Notes: generated by a model from the letters alone, not told the origin. A stretch of DNA of 64,000 nucleotides from an uncultured Acidobacteriota bacterium (GCA_963763535.1 CAVXOX010000005.1:27605-91604); one strand, 5' to 3'; positions 29,427 through 40,358 are shown, numbered from the stretch's first letter. Numbers and translations are program-made.

Positions 29427-30431
29427 ATGGATTTATCCCGCGACCAGAAGCTCGAGCTGTACCGCTACATGCGGCTGAACCGCGTCGTCGAGGAGCGGCT
29501 CGTCAACCTCTACCGGCAGGGCAAGGTCGTCGGCGGGCTCTACCGCTCGCTCGGGCAGGAGGCGACGTCCGTCGGCACCGCGTACGCCCTCGCGCAGGGC
29601 GACATCGTCGGGCCGCTGATCCGCAATCTCGGGGTCGTGCTCGTGATGGGCTACACGCCGCGCGACGTCATGACCCAGTACATGGCCCGCGCGACGTCGC
29701 CCTCCGGGGGCAAGGACTGCAACCTCCACTTCGGCAAGCCGGAGAGGGGCGTCATCTCCCCCATCTCGATGCTCGGGGCCCTGATCCCGGTCATGGCCGG
29801 CATCGCGCTCGGCGCCCGCCTGCAGAAGAAGAGCCTCGTGGCGATGACCTGGATCGGCGACGGGGGAACCTCGACGGGCGCGTTCCACGAGGGGATCAAT
29901 TTCGCCGCGGTGCAGAAGCTGCCGCTCGTCGTGGTCGCGGAGAACAACGGCTGGGCCTACTCGACGCCGTTCCGCAAGCAGACCGCGGCCCCGAACCTCG
30001 TGGCGAAGGCGGCGGCATACGGCATTCCGGGCGAGTCGATGGACGGCAACGACGTCTTCGCGGTCTACGACGCCGCGAAGCGCGCCGTCGACCGCGCGCG
30101 TTCGGGCGGCGGACCCACGCTCCTCGAGTCGCTGACCTATCGCATGAAGGGCCACGCCGAGCACGACGCGCAGGCGTACGTGCCGAAGCCGGAGCTCGAG
30201 GAGTGGCGCGGCCGCGACCCGCTCGAGCGCTGCGCGCGCACCCTGGTCGCGACCGCGGCGGCGACGGCGGCGGACCTCGAGGCGATCGACCGCGCCGTTT
30301 CCGAGGAGGTGGATCGCGAGGTCGAGTCCGCCGAGAAGGCGCCGCTCCCCTCTCCCGACGCCGCGCTGCAGAACGTGTACGCGCCGCGCGCCGAGGAGAC
30401 TCAGCCGGTGCTGCTGCGGAGGCGCTCATGA
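29427..30431 (+). CDS. 2-oxoacid dehydrogenase E1 component alpha subunit (TPP-dependent; pyruvate, acetoin or branched-chain type)
   Basis: TPP-binding fold (GDGGTSTGAFHEGINFAA...VVAENNGWAY). The ATG at 29427 (MDLSRDQ) was chosen. Confidence 0.88.
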   Translation: MDLSRDQKLELYRYMRLNRVVEERLVNLYRQGKVVGGLYRSLGQEATSVGTAYALAQGDIVGPLIRNLGVVLVMGYTPRDVMTQYMARATSPSGGKDCNLHFGKPERGVISPISMLGALIPVMAGIALGARLQKKSLVAMTWIGDGGTSTGAFHEGINFAAVQKLPLVVVAENNGWAYSTPFRKQTAAPNLVAKAAAYGIPGESMDGNDVFAVYDAAKRAVDRARSGGGPTLLESLTYRMKGHAEHDAQAYVPKPELEEWRGRDPLERCARTLVATAAATAADLEAIDRAVSEEVDREVESAEKAPLPSPDAALQNVYAPRAEETQPVLLRRRS

Positions 30432-31459
30432 GCGCCAGCGGCGCCGCCCCGCACCTCGGCGGTGAGGGCGCCACCCCCGCGGCGAAGGGCCAGACGACCT
30501 ACGTCGACGCGATCCGCGAGGGCCTGCGCGAGGAGATGGCGCGCGACGAGCGCGTGTTCCTCCTCGGCGAGGACATCGGCGCCTACGGCGGCGCGTTCAA
30601 GGTCACGGACGGGCTCATGCAGGAGTTCGGCGAGGAGCGCGTCATCGACACGCCGATCGCGGAGACCGCGATCGTCGGCGCGGCGGTCGGGGCGGCGATG
30701 ATGGGCCTGCGGCCGGTCGCCGAGATGCAGTTCATCGACTTCATCTCGTGCGCCTTCGACATGATCACGAACTTCGCCGCGAAGTCGCGGTACCGCACCG
30801 GCGTCGGCGTGCCGCTCGTGATCCGCGGCCCGTCCGGCGGCGGCGTCCACGGCGGACCCTTTCACTCCCAGAACCCCGAGGCGTACTTCGCGCACACGCC
30901 GGGCCTCAAGATCGTGCAGCCCGCGACCGCCTACGACGCCAAGGGCCTGATCAAGGCGGCGATCCGCGACGACGACCCGGTCCTCTTCTTCGAGCACAAG
31001 TTCCTCTACCGGCGCATCAAGGAGGAGCTGCCGGCGGAGGACTACGTCGTGCCGATCGGCAAGGCGGCCGTGCGGCGCGCGGGGCGCGATCTGACGGTCG
31101 TCACCTACGGCGCCATGGTGTGGACGGCGCTCGAGGCGGCGAAGACGCTCGAGGCCGAGGGCATCGACGTCGAGATCGTCGACCTGCGCACGCTCTTCCC
31201 CATGGACGAGGAGACGGTGCTCGAGTCGGTCGCGAAGACCAACAAGGCGATCCTGCTCCACGAGGCGACGCGCACGGGCGGCATCGGCGCGGAGATCGCC
31301 GCGGTCCTGTCGGAGCGCTGCTTCGAGTATCTCGACGGTCCGCTCGTCCGCGTCACCGCGCCGGACACGCCGGTCCCCTACTCCCCGCCGCTCGAGGAGG
31401 CGTTCCTGCCGAACGCCGAGAAGGTCTGCCGCGCGGCGCGGGCGCTCGCGGCGTACTGA
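30428..31459 (+). CDS. 2-oxoacid dehydrogenase E1 component beta subunit
   Basis: Transketolase-like pyrimidine-binding and C-terminal domains. The start ATG overlaps the E1 alpha stop (ATGA). Confidence 0.9.
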   Translation: MSASGAAPHLGGEGATPAAKGQTTYVDAIREGLREEMARDERVFLLGEDIGAYGGAFKVTDGLMQEFGEERVIDTPIAETAIVGAAVGAAMMGLRPVAEMQFIDFISCAFDMITNFAAKSRYRTGVGVPLVIRGPSGGGVHGGPFHSQNPEAYFAHTPGLKIVQPATAYDAKGLIKAAIRDDDPVLFFEHKFLYRRIKEELPAEDYVVPIGKAAVRRAGRDLTVVTYGAMVWTALEAAKTLEAEGIDVEIVDLRTLFPMDEETVLESVAKTNKAILLHEATRTGGIGAEIAAVLSERCFEYLDGPLVRVTAPDTPVPYSPPLEEAFLPNAEKVCRAARALAAY

Positions 31460-31495
31460 AGGCCTCGAACAGCGCGGGACTTCCCGCCCGCGCTC

Positions 31496-31593
31496 AAAGG
31501 GATCCCTCGCTGCACTCGGGATGACAATTTGTTTTTCGGTTCCGCAGATGCGGCTTGTCATCCCGCAGGAGCGCAGCGACGAGGGATCCCTTT
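31496..31593. repeat. 98-bp imperfect palindrome: outer arms AAAGGGATCCCTCGCTGC / GCAGCGACGAGGGATCCCTTT, inner perfect 10-bp arms GGGATGACAA / TTGTCATCCC, and a T-rich 27-nt centre
   Basis: Read directly from the sequence. It lies between the E1 beta stop (31459) and the coxG start (31633) and is a candidate terminator or regulatory RNA structure. Confidence 0.7.
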
Positions 31594-31632
31594 GAAGTCT
31601 CGCTGCCGCTCGCCTGCGATATAACGCCCTCC

Positions 31633-32082
31633 ATGCGCTTCGAGGGCACCGTCTCGATCAAGGCGTCGCGCAAGAAGGTCTGGGACTTCCTCACCGATCC
31701 GAACAAGGTCGCCGGCTGCGCGCCGGGACTCGAGAAGCTCGAGATCCTCGAGCCGGGCAAGCGCTTCCGCGCGACGACGTCGATCGGGTTCGGCGCCGTG
31801 AAGGCGCGGTTCGTCAACGACGTCGAGTGGGTGGAGATGGACGCGCCCGACTTCGCGCGCATGAAGGCGCACGGCACCGCGCCCGGGTCCGGCGTCGACG
31901 CGGAGAGCTCGATGCGTCTGACCGATGGTCAGGACGGCGCGACCGATCTCGCATGGAGCGCCGACGTCACGATCGTCGGCACGATCGCGAGTCTCGCCGC
32001 GCGGTTGATGGGCGGCGTGACGAAGAAGCTCACGGCGGCGTTCTTCGACTCGGTCCGCGAGGAGATCGAAGCGGACGCCTGA
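31633..32082 (+). CDS. coxG: CoxG-like SRPBCC family protein (carbon monoxide dehydrogenase subunit G)
   Basis: SRPBCC/CoxG fold, sitting at the head of the cox-like cluster. The start was set at ATG 31633. Confidence 0.75.
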   Translation: MRFEGTVSIKASRKKVWDFLTDPNKVAGCAPGLEKLEILEPGKRFRATTSIGFGAVKARFVNDVEWVEMDAPDFARMKAHGTAPGSGVDAESSMRLTDGQDGATDLAWSADVTIVGTIASLAARLMGGVTKKLTAAFFDSVREEIEADA

Positions 32083-32121
32083 GCGGTGTAGACTCCCGCC
32101 CGTTCGCACGGGAGGTTTTCC

Positions 32122-32586
<465 letters not shown>

Positions 32587-32596
32587 AGGAGGCGCC

Positions 32597-34950
32597 ATGG
32601 CCTCGAAGGTCTTCGGATCCTCCGTCAAGCGCAAGGAGGATCCCCGCCTCCTGACGGGACAGGCGAAGTTCACGGACGATTTCACGCTGCCGGGCATGGC
32701 CCATCTCGCCGTCGTGCGCTCGCCCGTACGCGCACGCGCGCATCAAGGCCATCCGGACGAAGAAGGCCGCCGGGATCGAGGGCGTCCTCGGCGTCTTCAC
32801 CGGCAAGGACATGAAGGAGGCCGGCTTCGGCCCGATCCCCTGCGCGTGGGTCGTCCCCGGCTCCGACGCGAAGACGCCGCCGTATCCGCCGATCGCGATC
32901 GACGTCGTCCGCTACGTGGGCAACGCCGTCGCGATCGTCGTGGCGACCGATCGCTACGTGGCGCGCGACGCCGCCGAGGCCGTCGAGGTCGACTACGAGC
33001 CGCTGCCGGTCGTCGTCGACGCGAAGAAGGCGACCGAGAAGGGACGCCCGCAGCTCCACCCGGACGTGCCGAACAACCTCGCCTTCACGTGGAAGGTCGA
33101 GGGCGGCAACGTGGATGCCGCCTTCAAGTCGGCCGACGTGGTCGTCTCCGAGCGGATCATCAACCAGCGCCTGATCCCGAACGCGATGGAGACGCGCGCG
33201 GCGCTCGCCGAGTACCGGTCGGCGACCGGCGAGGTCACGCTCTGGGTGACGTCCCAGAACCCGCACATCGTCCGCTTCCTGCTCTCGCTCGACACCGGCA
33301 TCCCCGAGAACAAGATCCGCGTCATCGCGCCCGAGGTGGGCGGCGGCTTCGGCAGCAAGATCCCGCACTACCCCGAGGACACGATGGTGATCTTCGCGTC
33401 GAAGCAGTGCGGCTGCCCGGTCAAGTGGGCCGAGACGCGGTCCGAGAACTACCGCGGCACGATCCACGGCCGCGACCACATCCAGGACGTCGAGATGGCC
33501 GCGAAGAAGGACGGCACCATCGTCGGCATCCGCGCCACGGTGTGGGCCAACATGGGCGCGTACCTCTCGACCGCGTCGACCGGCATTCCGACGATCCTGC
33601 ACGGCCTGATGCTCTCGGGCGCGTACGACATCCCGAACATCCGGCGAGGTCGTCCACGGGGTCTTCACGAACACGACGCCGACGGACGCCTACCGTGGCG
33701 CCGGGCGGCCCGAGGCGACCTTCATGGTCGAGCGGCTGGTCGATCTCGTCGCAGGGAAGCTGAAGATGGATCCGGTCGAGATCCGCAAGAAGAACTTCAT
33801 TCCCCCGTTCACCGACGGCCACGCGGTCGCGACCGGCATCACCTACGACTCCGGCAACTACATCGGCGCCCTCGAGAAGGCCCTGAAGATGCTGGACTAC
33901 CCCGCGCTGCGCGCCAAGCAGAAGGAGCTCCGCAAGAAGGGCGAGCACATCGGCGTCGGCTTCTCCACATACGCCGAGATCTGCGGGCTCGGCCCGTCGG
34001 CGGTTGCCGGCGCGGTCGGGTTCGGCGGCGGCCTGTGGGAGAGCGCGATCGTGCGCTTCCACCCTTCCGGCAAGGTCAACGTCTTCGTCGGCATCTCTCC
34101 GCACGGCCAGGGCGAGGAGACGACGTTCGCCCAGATCGTGTCGAGCGAGCTCGGCGTACCGGTGGAGGACGTCGAGGTCTTCCACGGCGACACGGGGCAG
34201 ACGCCGATGGGCTGGGGCAGCTACGGCAGCCGCTCGACGCCCGTCGGCAGCGGCGCCCTGATGGGCGCGATCGTAAAGATCCGCGACAAGGCGAAGATCG
34301 TCGCCGCGCACCTCCTCGAGGCGTCGGTCGACGACATCGAGTACTCGGACGGCAAGTTCGCGATCAAGGGCGCACCCTCGAAGGCGAAGACGATCCAGGA
34401 CATCGCGCTGATGGCGAACGTCGCGTGGAACTACCCGAAGGGACTCGAGCCGGGGCTCGAGGCGGCGGCGTTCTTCGACCCGGCGAACTTCGTCTACCCG
34501 TTCGGCGCCCATGCGGCCGTCGTGCGGGTCGACGTCGAGACCGGCGAGGTCAAGCTCGAGCGCTACGTCGCGGTGGACGACTGCGGCCGCGTCATCAATC
34601 CGATGATCGTCGAGGGCCAGATCCATGGCGGCGTCGTCCAGGGGATCGGCCAGGCGCTCTGGGAGGGCGCGGCCTACGACGAGGCCGGCCAGCTCCTGAC
34701 CGGCACGATGATGGACTACGCGGTGCCGAAGGCGGATGCGTTCCCGAACTTCGAGCTCGCGATGACCGAGACGCCCACGAACGTCAATCCGCTCGGCGTC
34801 AAGGGCATCGGCGAGACGGGGACGATCGCGTCGACGGCGGCCGTCTACAACGCGGTCATGGACGCGCTCGCGCCTCTCGGCGTGACGCAGATCGACATGC
34901 CGCTCACGCCCGAGCGCGTCTGGCGGGCGGTGCGGGACGCGCGGAGGTAG
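32597..34950 (+). pseudogene. coxL: Molybdopterin-binding large subunit (CoxL-like; active-site loop AYRGAGR, i.e. form-II-type) interrupted by two +1 frameshifts
   Basis: The N-terminus (MASKVFGSSVKRKEDPRLLTGQAKFTDD...VVRSP) runs in frame A to about 32725. Frame B (ARIKAIRT...AYDIPNI) runs from 32727 to 33641. Frame C (GEVVHGVFTNTTPTDAYRGAGRPEATFMVE...) runs from 33643 to 34950. The junctions are at CCCG 32723-32726 and CCGGC 33641-33646. Confidence 0.8.
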
Positions 34951-34953
34951 CAC

Positions 34954-35822
34954 ATGTATTCGGAGAGCTTCGATTACTTCCGCCCGAAGACCCTCGCCGA
35001 GGCATCGGCGCTGCTGAAGAAGCACAGGGGCGCGCGTCTCCTGGCCGGCGGCCACAGCCTGCTCCCCGCGATGAAGTTCCGCCTCGCGACCCCGAAGGCG
35101 CTCGTCGACATCGGCGCGATCAAGGGCCTGTCGGGCATCGCCCCGCGCGGCAAGTCGACGTGGATCGGCGCGATGACCGTCCACGCGGAGGTGGCGGGGT
35201 CGAAGCTGCTCCGGAAGTCCTGTCCGCTCCTGCCGGAAGCGGCGGCGCAGATCGGCGACCCGCAGGTGAGAAACCGCGGCACGATCGGCGGCTCGATCGC
35301 CCACGCGGATCCCGCCGCGGACTACCCGACGGCGCTCGTGGCGCTCGGCGCGACGGTTCTGGCGCGCGGCCCCCGCGGCGAGCGCAAGATCCCGGCCGAG
35401 GATTTCTTCGTCGACCTCTTCACGACGGCGCTGAAGCCGGGCGAGATCGTCACGGGCGTTCTCGTTCCCGTGTTCGGCAAGGGCACCGGCGCCGCGTACC
35501 TGAAGCACCCCCACCCCGCCTCGCGTTACGCCGTCGCGGCGGCCGCCGCCATCGTCGACGTCGCGAACGGCGTCTGCACGCGCGCGATCCTGGTGATCGG
35601 CGGCGTCTCCGCGACGCCGGTGCGCGTCCTGCGCGCCCAGGAGGCGCTCGTCGGCAGGAAGCCCGACGCCGCCCCCATCCAGTCGGCCGCCGCGCAGGTG
35701 GAGGCGCTGGTCCCCGACCCATGGGCGACGTCTATGCCTCGGGCGAGTTCCGGATCCACCTCGCGTCGGTCCTCGCGAAGCGGGCGCTGACGGCGGCCTT
35801 CGAGCGGGCGAAGAAGGCCTAG
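34954..35822 (+). pseudogene. coxM: FAD-binding medium subunit (CoxM-like) with a -1 frameshift near the C-terminus
   Basis: FAD-binding fold (LAGGHSLLP...GTIGGSIAHAD). The frame changes at the CCC run 35718-35720. The authentic C-terminus (PMGDVYASGEFRIHLASVLAKRALTAAFERAKKA) continues in the 0-frame to 35822. Confidence 0.75.
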
Positions 35823-35875
35823 CGCGGCGCCCCCGGCGCGATCGGGGTCACCGAACCGGACGATAATCGCTTTCC

Positions 35876-36901
35876 ATGCGCGACGTTCTCGACGACATCG
35901 AGCGGTGGCGCTCCGAGGGAAAGCCCGTGGCGCTCGCGACCGTGGTCGCGACATGGGGTTCGGCGCCGCGCGCGGTCGGCGGGAAGATGGCCGTGGCCGA
36001 TGGGAGGCACATCGCGGGCTCGGTCTCCGGCGGCTGCGTCGAGAACGCGGTGGCCGAGGCGGCCAGCGAGGTTCTCAAGACCGGTAAGCCGAGGCTCCTG
36101 AGGTTCGGCGTCTCCGACGATACGGCCTGGAGCGTCGGGCTCGCCTGCGGCGGCGCGATCGAGGTGTTCGTCGAGCGGCTCGCCGACTCGGCCTACGGCC
36201 TCGTCCGGGATGCGCTAAGGGCGGAGCGCTCTGTGGCCGTGACGACCGTCATCAACGGACCCGCGGACGCCGTGGGGCGCAAACTCGCGATCTCCGCCGA
36301 CGGGCGCACCGCCGGCGATCTCGGCGACCCGATCGATCGCGAGACGCGGGCCGCGCTCGCCGACGGTCGCAGCCGCCGGGTCACGATCGGAGAAGACGAG
36401 ATCTTCGTCGACGTGCTCCTCCCCTCCCCTCGCCTCGTGGTCGTCGGCGGCGTGCACATCGCGGTCGCGCTCGTGAAGCTCGCGCAGGCGCTCGGCTGGC
36501 GGACTGTGCTCGTCGATCCGCGGGAGGCGTTCGGCAACCGCTCGCGCTTTCCCGACGTGGACGACATCGTCTGGGACTGGCCGGACGCCGCCCTCGCGAA
36601 GCTCTCCCTGAACGAAGACACCGCGGTCGCCGTGCTGACCCACGACCCGAAGCTCGACGACCCCGCGGTCTCGGCCGCGCTCGCGAGCCCCGCCTTCTAC
36701 GTCGGCGCGCTCGGGAGCAGCCGGACGCAGGAGAAGCGCCGCAAACGCCTCCTCGCCGCCGGGCCTGACGGAAGGAGAGCTCTGGCGCGCCTCCACGCGC
36801 CGATCGGCCTCGACCTCGGCGGCCGCGCGCCGGAGGAGATCGCGCTCTCGGTCATGGCCCAGATCGTGGCGGCGCGCCACGGGAAGGCGAACGCTCCGTG
36901 A
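35876..36901 (+). CDS. xdhC: XdhC/CoxI family molybdoenzyme maturation (Mo-cofactor insertion) protein
   Basis: XdhC_CoxI N-terminal domain and XdhC_C Rossmann-like domain (VVVGGVHIAVAL). Confidence 0.85.
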   Translation: MRDVLDDIERWRSEGKPVALATVVATWGSAPRAVGGKMAVADGRHIAGSVSGGCVENAVAEAASEVLKTGKPRLLRFGVSDDTAWSVGLACGGAIEVFVERLADSAYGLVRDALRAERSVAVTTVINGPADAVGRKLAISADGRTAGDLGDPIDRETRAALADGRSRRVTIGEDEIFVDVLLPSPRLVVVGGVHIAVALVKLAQALGWRTVLVDPREAFGNRSRFPDVDDIVWDWPDAALAKLSLNEDTAVAVLTHDPKLDDPAVSAALASPAFYVGALGSSRTQEKRRKRLLAAGPDGRRALARLHAPIGLDLGGRAPEEIALSVMAQIVAARHGKANAP

Positions 36902-36904
36902 GCG

Positions 36905-37228
36905 TCAGTGGCCCTTCGGCTCCGGCTTGCCGTAGAGCTTGCGCAACTCCGACTTCGCCCGCATCAGCCGGTTCTTCTGGGTCTTCGGGAGGCCCCTGCC
37001 CGCGCGGTTGACGTAGAAAGTCAGCATCGACATCGCCGACGCGAACGGACCGGCCTTGCGGCGGCCGCTCTTCTCGGCGGAGCGCTTGAGCGACTTCGCG
37101 ATCTCCTTCGGGTCCGTGAGCGTGAAGACGCGATTCTCCAGATCGAGCGCGTTGCTCTCGCGGGTCACGCGCTGCGACCAGCGTCCATCCCCGGCCCGTT
37201 TCGCGGCCGTCCGTTTCGTTGCGGGCAT
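36905..37228 (-). CDS. DUF3175-domain protein
   Basis: Family-typical sequence (RWSQRVT...ALDLE...FT...SAMSMLTFYVNRAG...KLYGK). The ATG overlaps the stop of the upstream quinone oxidoreductase gene. Confidence 0.7.
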   Translation of the reverse strand: MPATKRTAAKRAGDGRWSQRVTRESNALDLENRVFTLTDPKEIAKSLKRSAEKSGRRKAGPFASAMSMLTFYVNRAGRGLPKTQKNRLMRAKSELRKLYGKPEPKGH

Positions 37229-38148
37229 CAGGCCACCCTCAGCACGACCTTGCCGTGCGAGCGTCCGTGTTCGTTGAGGTCCATGGCGCGGGAGGCGCGG
37301 GAGAGCGGCAGGACCTTCGTGATGTGGGGCCGAACGACGCCCTTCTCGACGAGCCGCGCGATCTGTCGCAGGTCCCGGGTGTCGTAGCGCATCGCGAACT
37401 CGACCGCACGGACCCCGGCCCGGCGCGCCGCAGCCCGATCGATCTCGCCGATCAGGTTGATCAGCATGCCGCCCTTCTTCAGCACGCCCCAGGAGCGCTT
37501 CTGCGTGGCGCCGCCGATCGGGTCGATCACGACGTCCACGCCCGCGACCAGCTTCTCGAAGCGCTGGCGGTGGTAGTCGATGACGACGTCGACGCCGATC
37601 CGCTTCAGGAACGCGAAGCTCGACCGGCTCGCCGTCCCGATCACCCGGGCGCCCTTCCACAGCGCGAACTGCGCCGCGAAGGAGCCGACGCCGCCGCTCA
37701 CGCCGTGGATGAGGAAGACCTTCTTCGGAGACGCGCGCGCGGTGTCGACGACCATCTGCCAGGCCGTCAACGCCGGCATGGGAATGGAGGCGGCAACCAC
37801 GAAGTCGAGCGACCGGGGCATCCGCACGAGGTGGCGCAGCGGCACGACCGCGAATTCCGCGAAGCTGCCCCACGTCTCGCCGAAGACCCGGTCTCCCTCG
37901 CGGAAGCGGGACCGGGATCCGGGACCCGTCTCCTCGATGATCCCGGCAAAGTCCTGGCCGAGCGTGAGGGGCACGCGGTCGGCGCCCTTCGGGTTGTAGA
38001 TCTTCCGGACGACCATCCAGTCCACCGGATTGACGGCCGCGGCGCGCACCCGAACGAGCGCGGCGCCTTTCCTCGGGCGGGGCACGGAAGTGTCCTCGAC
38101 GCGGACCTTCGCGGAAGGCCCAAAAGCGTGGATGCGGGCGGCTCTCAT
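37228..38148 (-). CDS. NADPH:quinone reductase / zinc-type alcohol dehydrogenase (MDR superfamily)
   Basis: Medium-chain dehydrogenase/reductase (MDR) fold with the Rossmann motif GVSGGVGSFAAQFA. The true start is the ATG at 38148 (MRAARIHAFGP), not the longer ORF in the track. Confidence 0.85.
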   Translation of the reverse strand: MRAARIHAFGPSAKVRVEDTSVPRPRKGAALVRVRAAAVNPVDWMVVRKIYNPKGADRVPLTLGQDFAGIIEETGPGSRSRFREGDRVFGETWGSFAEFAVVPLRHLVRMPRSLDFVVAASIPMPALTAWQMVVDTARASPKKVFLIHGVSGGVGSFAAQFALWKGARVIGTASRSSFAFLKRIGVDVVIDYHRQRFEKLVAGVDVVIDPIGGATQKRSWGVLKKGGMLINLIGEIDRAAARRAGVRAVEFAMRYDTRDLRQIARLVEKGVVRPHITKVLPLSRASRAMDLNEHGRSHGKVVLRVA

Positions 38149-38229
38149 GCGCGACGACCTCCCGCGAAAGAGCGCTGCAAGGCGAATGCCGGGCACCCGG
38201 TTTGCAGCCTGGAGCGAGGGAGGTTTTCG

Positions 38230-38475
38230 ATGCCGAGAGGCGACAAGAGCAAGTACACGGACAAGGAGAAGCGGCAGGCCGACCACATCGAGGAGGGCTA
38301 CGAGGAGCGCGGCGTGCCGGAGAAGGAGGCCGAGCGGCGCGCGTGGGCGACCGTGAACAAGGTCCACGGCGGCGGCGAGAAGCCGGGCGGCGGCGGCTAC
38401 GGCAAGGCCGAGGACCGCGAGCCGATGCGCAAGGGCGGCCGAATCGGCGGAAAGAGCCACGGCGATGGCCAGTGA
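38230..38475 (+). CDS. Small hydrophilic stress-type protein (Gly/Lys-rich, KGG-like)
   Basis: 81-aa ORF preceded by a GGGAGG ribosome-binding site. The sequence is MPRGDKSKYTDKEKRQADHIEEGYEERGV...RKGGRIGGKSHGDGQ. Confidence 0.55.
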   Translation: MPRGDKSKYTDKEKRQADHIEEGYEERGVPEKEAERRAWATVNKVHGGGEKPGGGGYGKAEDREPMRKGGRIGGKSHGDGQ

Positions 38476-38614
38476 GCGTCAGCGGGCCGCGGCCCGCCGC
38501 AACATCAAGAAGGCGGCTTCGGCCGCGCGGAAGAAACGTACGATCGCGCACCTGCCGAAGAAGACCCGCACAGCCCTGGGGAAAAAGGGCGCGTCGGTGA
38601 GAAAGAAGAAGTAA
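38465..38614 (+). CDS. Candidate 49-aa highly basic small protein (MASERQRAAARRNIKKAASAARKKRTIAHLPKKTRTALGKKGASVRKKK). It is not in the supplied ORF track.
   Basis: An ATG overlaps the preceding stop (ATGGCCAGTGA). The open frame of 49 codons ends at a TAA. About 45% of residues are Lys/Arg. Confidence 0.3.
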   Translation: MASERQRAAARRNIKKAASAARKKRTIAHLPKKTRTALGKKGASVRKKK

Positions 38615-38617
38615 GGC

Positions 38618-40321
38618 TCAGCGCGAGCCGAGCGCGATGAGCGCCCGGCGCAGGCGAGGGTGCGCGGCGAGAGCGCGGAGGTAGCTCGTTTCGGACCGCG
38701 CCGACTTCGCGTGGACCACGTCGAGCAGGCCCTCTTTCTCCTCCCGAGTCCAGCGACCCAGGCCGGGCACGAGGTCGAGCGCCAGCGCGAAGTCCTCGAA
38801 CGCCTTCGCGTCGCGCCGCGGAATCCGCGAGGCGGACCGACCCAGCGCGGCCGCGACGCGGCGGACGGCCCGCTCGCGGTGCCGCGCCGCGTCGCCGGCG
38901 GAGCGCTCGCGCATCGCCCGGTTGACCGCGAGCCCGATGCGCCGGACGTGGAAGCGGTCCCAGTCTCCGTGCGGCGCGCCGGGCGCCTCGTAGAGCAGGT
39001 TGTGCGTCACGAGCCGCTCGAGCGTGCGCCGCGAGGACCGGTACGTCGGTTCGGCCGCGATGCGGCGCTCCTCGCGCGCGAGCCGCGCGGCGACGCCGCG
39101 GTCGGTCGGCCGGAAGCCGAGCTTCCGGTAGAACCAGAACGCGCCCGAGTCGATCGCCTCGGCGTTCTCGAAGCCGAGCTGGTAGGGATCGATCGAGAAG
39201 GACGTCACGCCGAGCGCGTCGCGGTGGAGCTTCAGGACCTGGGCGTAGATCCAGGCCGACTCACCCTCGCGGAACGTGTAATACATGTTGAAGCCGATCT
39301 CGAGGCGGTCGAAGAACGCAAGCCCCTCGATGTAGCCGATCGGCACGGCGTTCTTGACGACGAATCCGCCGTACGCCGCGCGGAGCGGCAGCCGCCGCCC
39401 GGGCAGGACGCCGACGAGGAAGAGCTCGACGCCGCGGCCGGGGCGCGCCGAGACGACCGTCGCGGGATCCGCGTGGGTGAACGTGTAGAACTCGCGGTAG
39501 CGGGCCGCCGTCGTCTCGCGCACCATGTCGCAGACCCGCTCGCCCTCGCGCTGCGAGAGCCGGCGCAGCGGCAGGTGCGGCGCGGACAGGACGGCGTCCA
39601 GCGACACGTCCCGGCGCGCGAGCAGCGGCGCGTCGTGGAAGAACGGCCGCGGTCCCGGCCGGCGCATCTTCGTCCGCGAGGCGCGGCCTCCCCCCAGCCG
39701 CCAGGCGATCGGAAGCCCGAGCGAGTCGAATCGCTCGGCCCGCGCGTCGCGCGGCTGCGGGAGGCGCTCGTACCGCTCGAGCAGCCAGCGCAGATCCGCG
39801 CGCCGGGATCCCGCCGCGGCGCCCAGCCACTCGAGATACGGCACGTTGGCGTCGGCGAGCGCCTCCTCCTCGAGAAGCGGCACGAAGGCGGGCCAGGTCG
39901 CGCGCATCCGGTCGCCCTCGTCCGCGGCGTCCCAGTCGATCCAGACGCTCCGGGGGTGTCGCCGCGCGAGCCAGCGCGCGAGATCGAAGGAGAAGTCCGT
40001 GCCGAGCGTCGTGCCGGCGACGCCGGCGGCCTCCGGCGCGTCGAAGACGGAGAGGTCCTCGCCGGCCTCCTCGAGACGCGCCACGCGCCGCTCGAAGGCC
40101 GACAGCAGGCGCTCGGCGAGCGCGAGCACGCGCGCGTCGTGCGGGTACGCGCGGAGGAAAAGCACGGCCTCGTGGAGGCGCAGGAGGCGCTCGGCGTCGG
40201 GCGCGGCCACGCGCGCGGCCTGTCGCAGCCAGCGCGCCGCGTCGCGCGCGCCCGGCCGCCGGTGGCGCGCCGCCTCGAGACGTTCGAGGACCGTGTCGAA
40301 GCGGCCCGGCACGGCGCGCAT
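38618..40321 (-). CDS. Conserved hypothetical protein (567 aa); family not recognised
   Basis: Start chosen at ATG 40321 (MRAVPGRFDTVLERLE). The upstream part of the 734-aa ORF overlaps the divergent LolA-like gene. The composition is non-repetitive. Confidence 0.5.
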   Translation of the reverse strand: MRAVPGRFDTVLERLEAARHRRPGARDAARWLRQAARVAAPDAERLLRLHEAVLFLRAYPHDARVLALAERLLSAFERRVARLEEAGEDLSVFDAPEAAGVAGTTLGTDFSFDLARWLARRHPRSVWIDWDAADEGDRMRATWPAFVPLLEEEALADANVPYLEWLGAAAGSRRADLRWLLERYERLPQPRDARAERFDSLGLPIAWRLGGGRASRTKMRRPGPRPFFHDAPLLARRDVSLDAVLSAPHLPLRRLSQREGERVCDMVRETTAARYREFYTFTHADPATVVSARPGRGVELFLVGVLPGRRLPLRAAYGGFVVKNAVPIGYIEGLAFFDRLEIGFNMYYTFREGESAWIYAQVLKLHRDALGVTSFSIDPYQLGFENAEAIDSGAFWFYRKLGFRPTDRGVAARLAREERRIAAEPTYRSSRRTLERLVTHNLLYEAPGAPHGDWDRFHVRRIGLAVNRAMRERSAGDAARHRERAVRRVAAALGRSASRIPRRDAKAFEDFALALDLVPGLGRWTREEKEGLLDVVHAKSARSETSYLRALAAHPRLRRALIALGSR

Positions 40322-40358
40322 GCTACTCGATGTAAGCTTCCGCGCTCGGAGGAAATGC

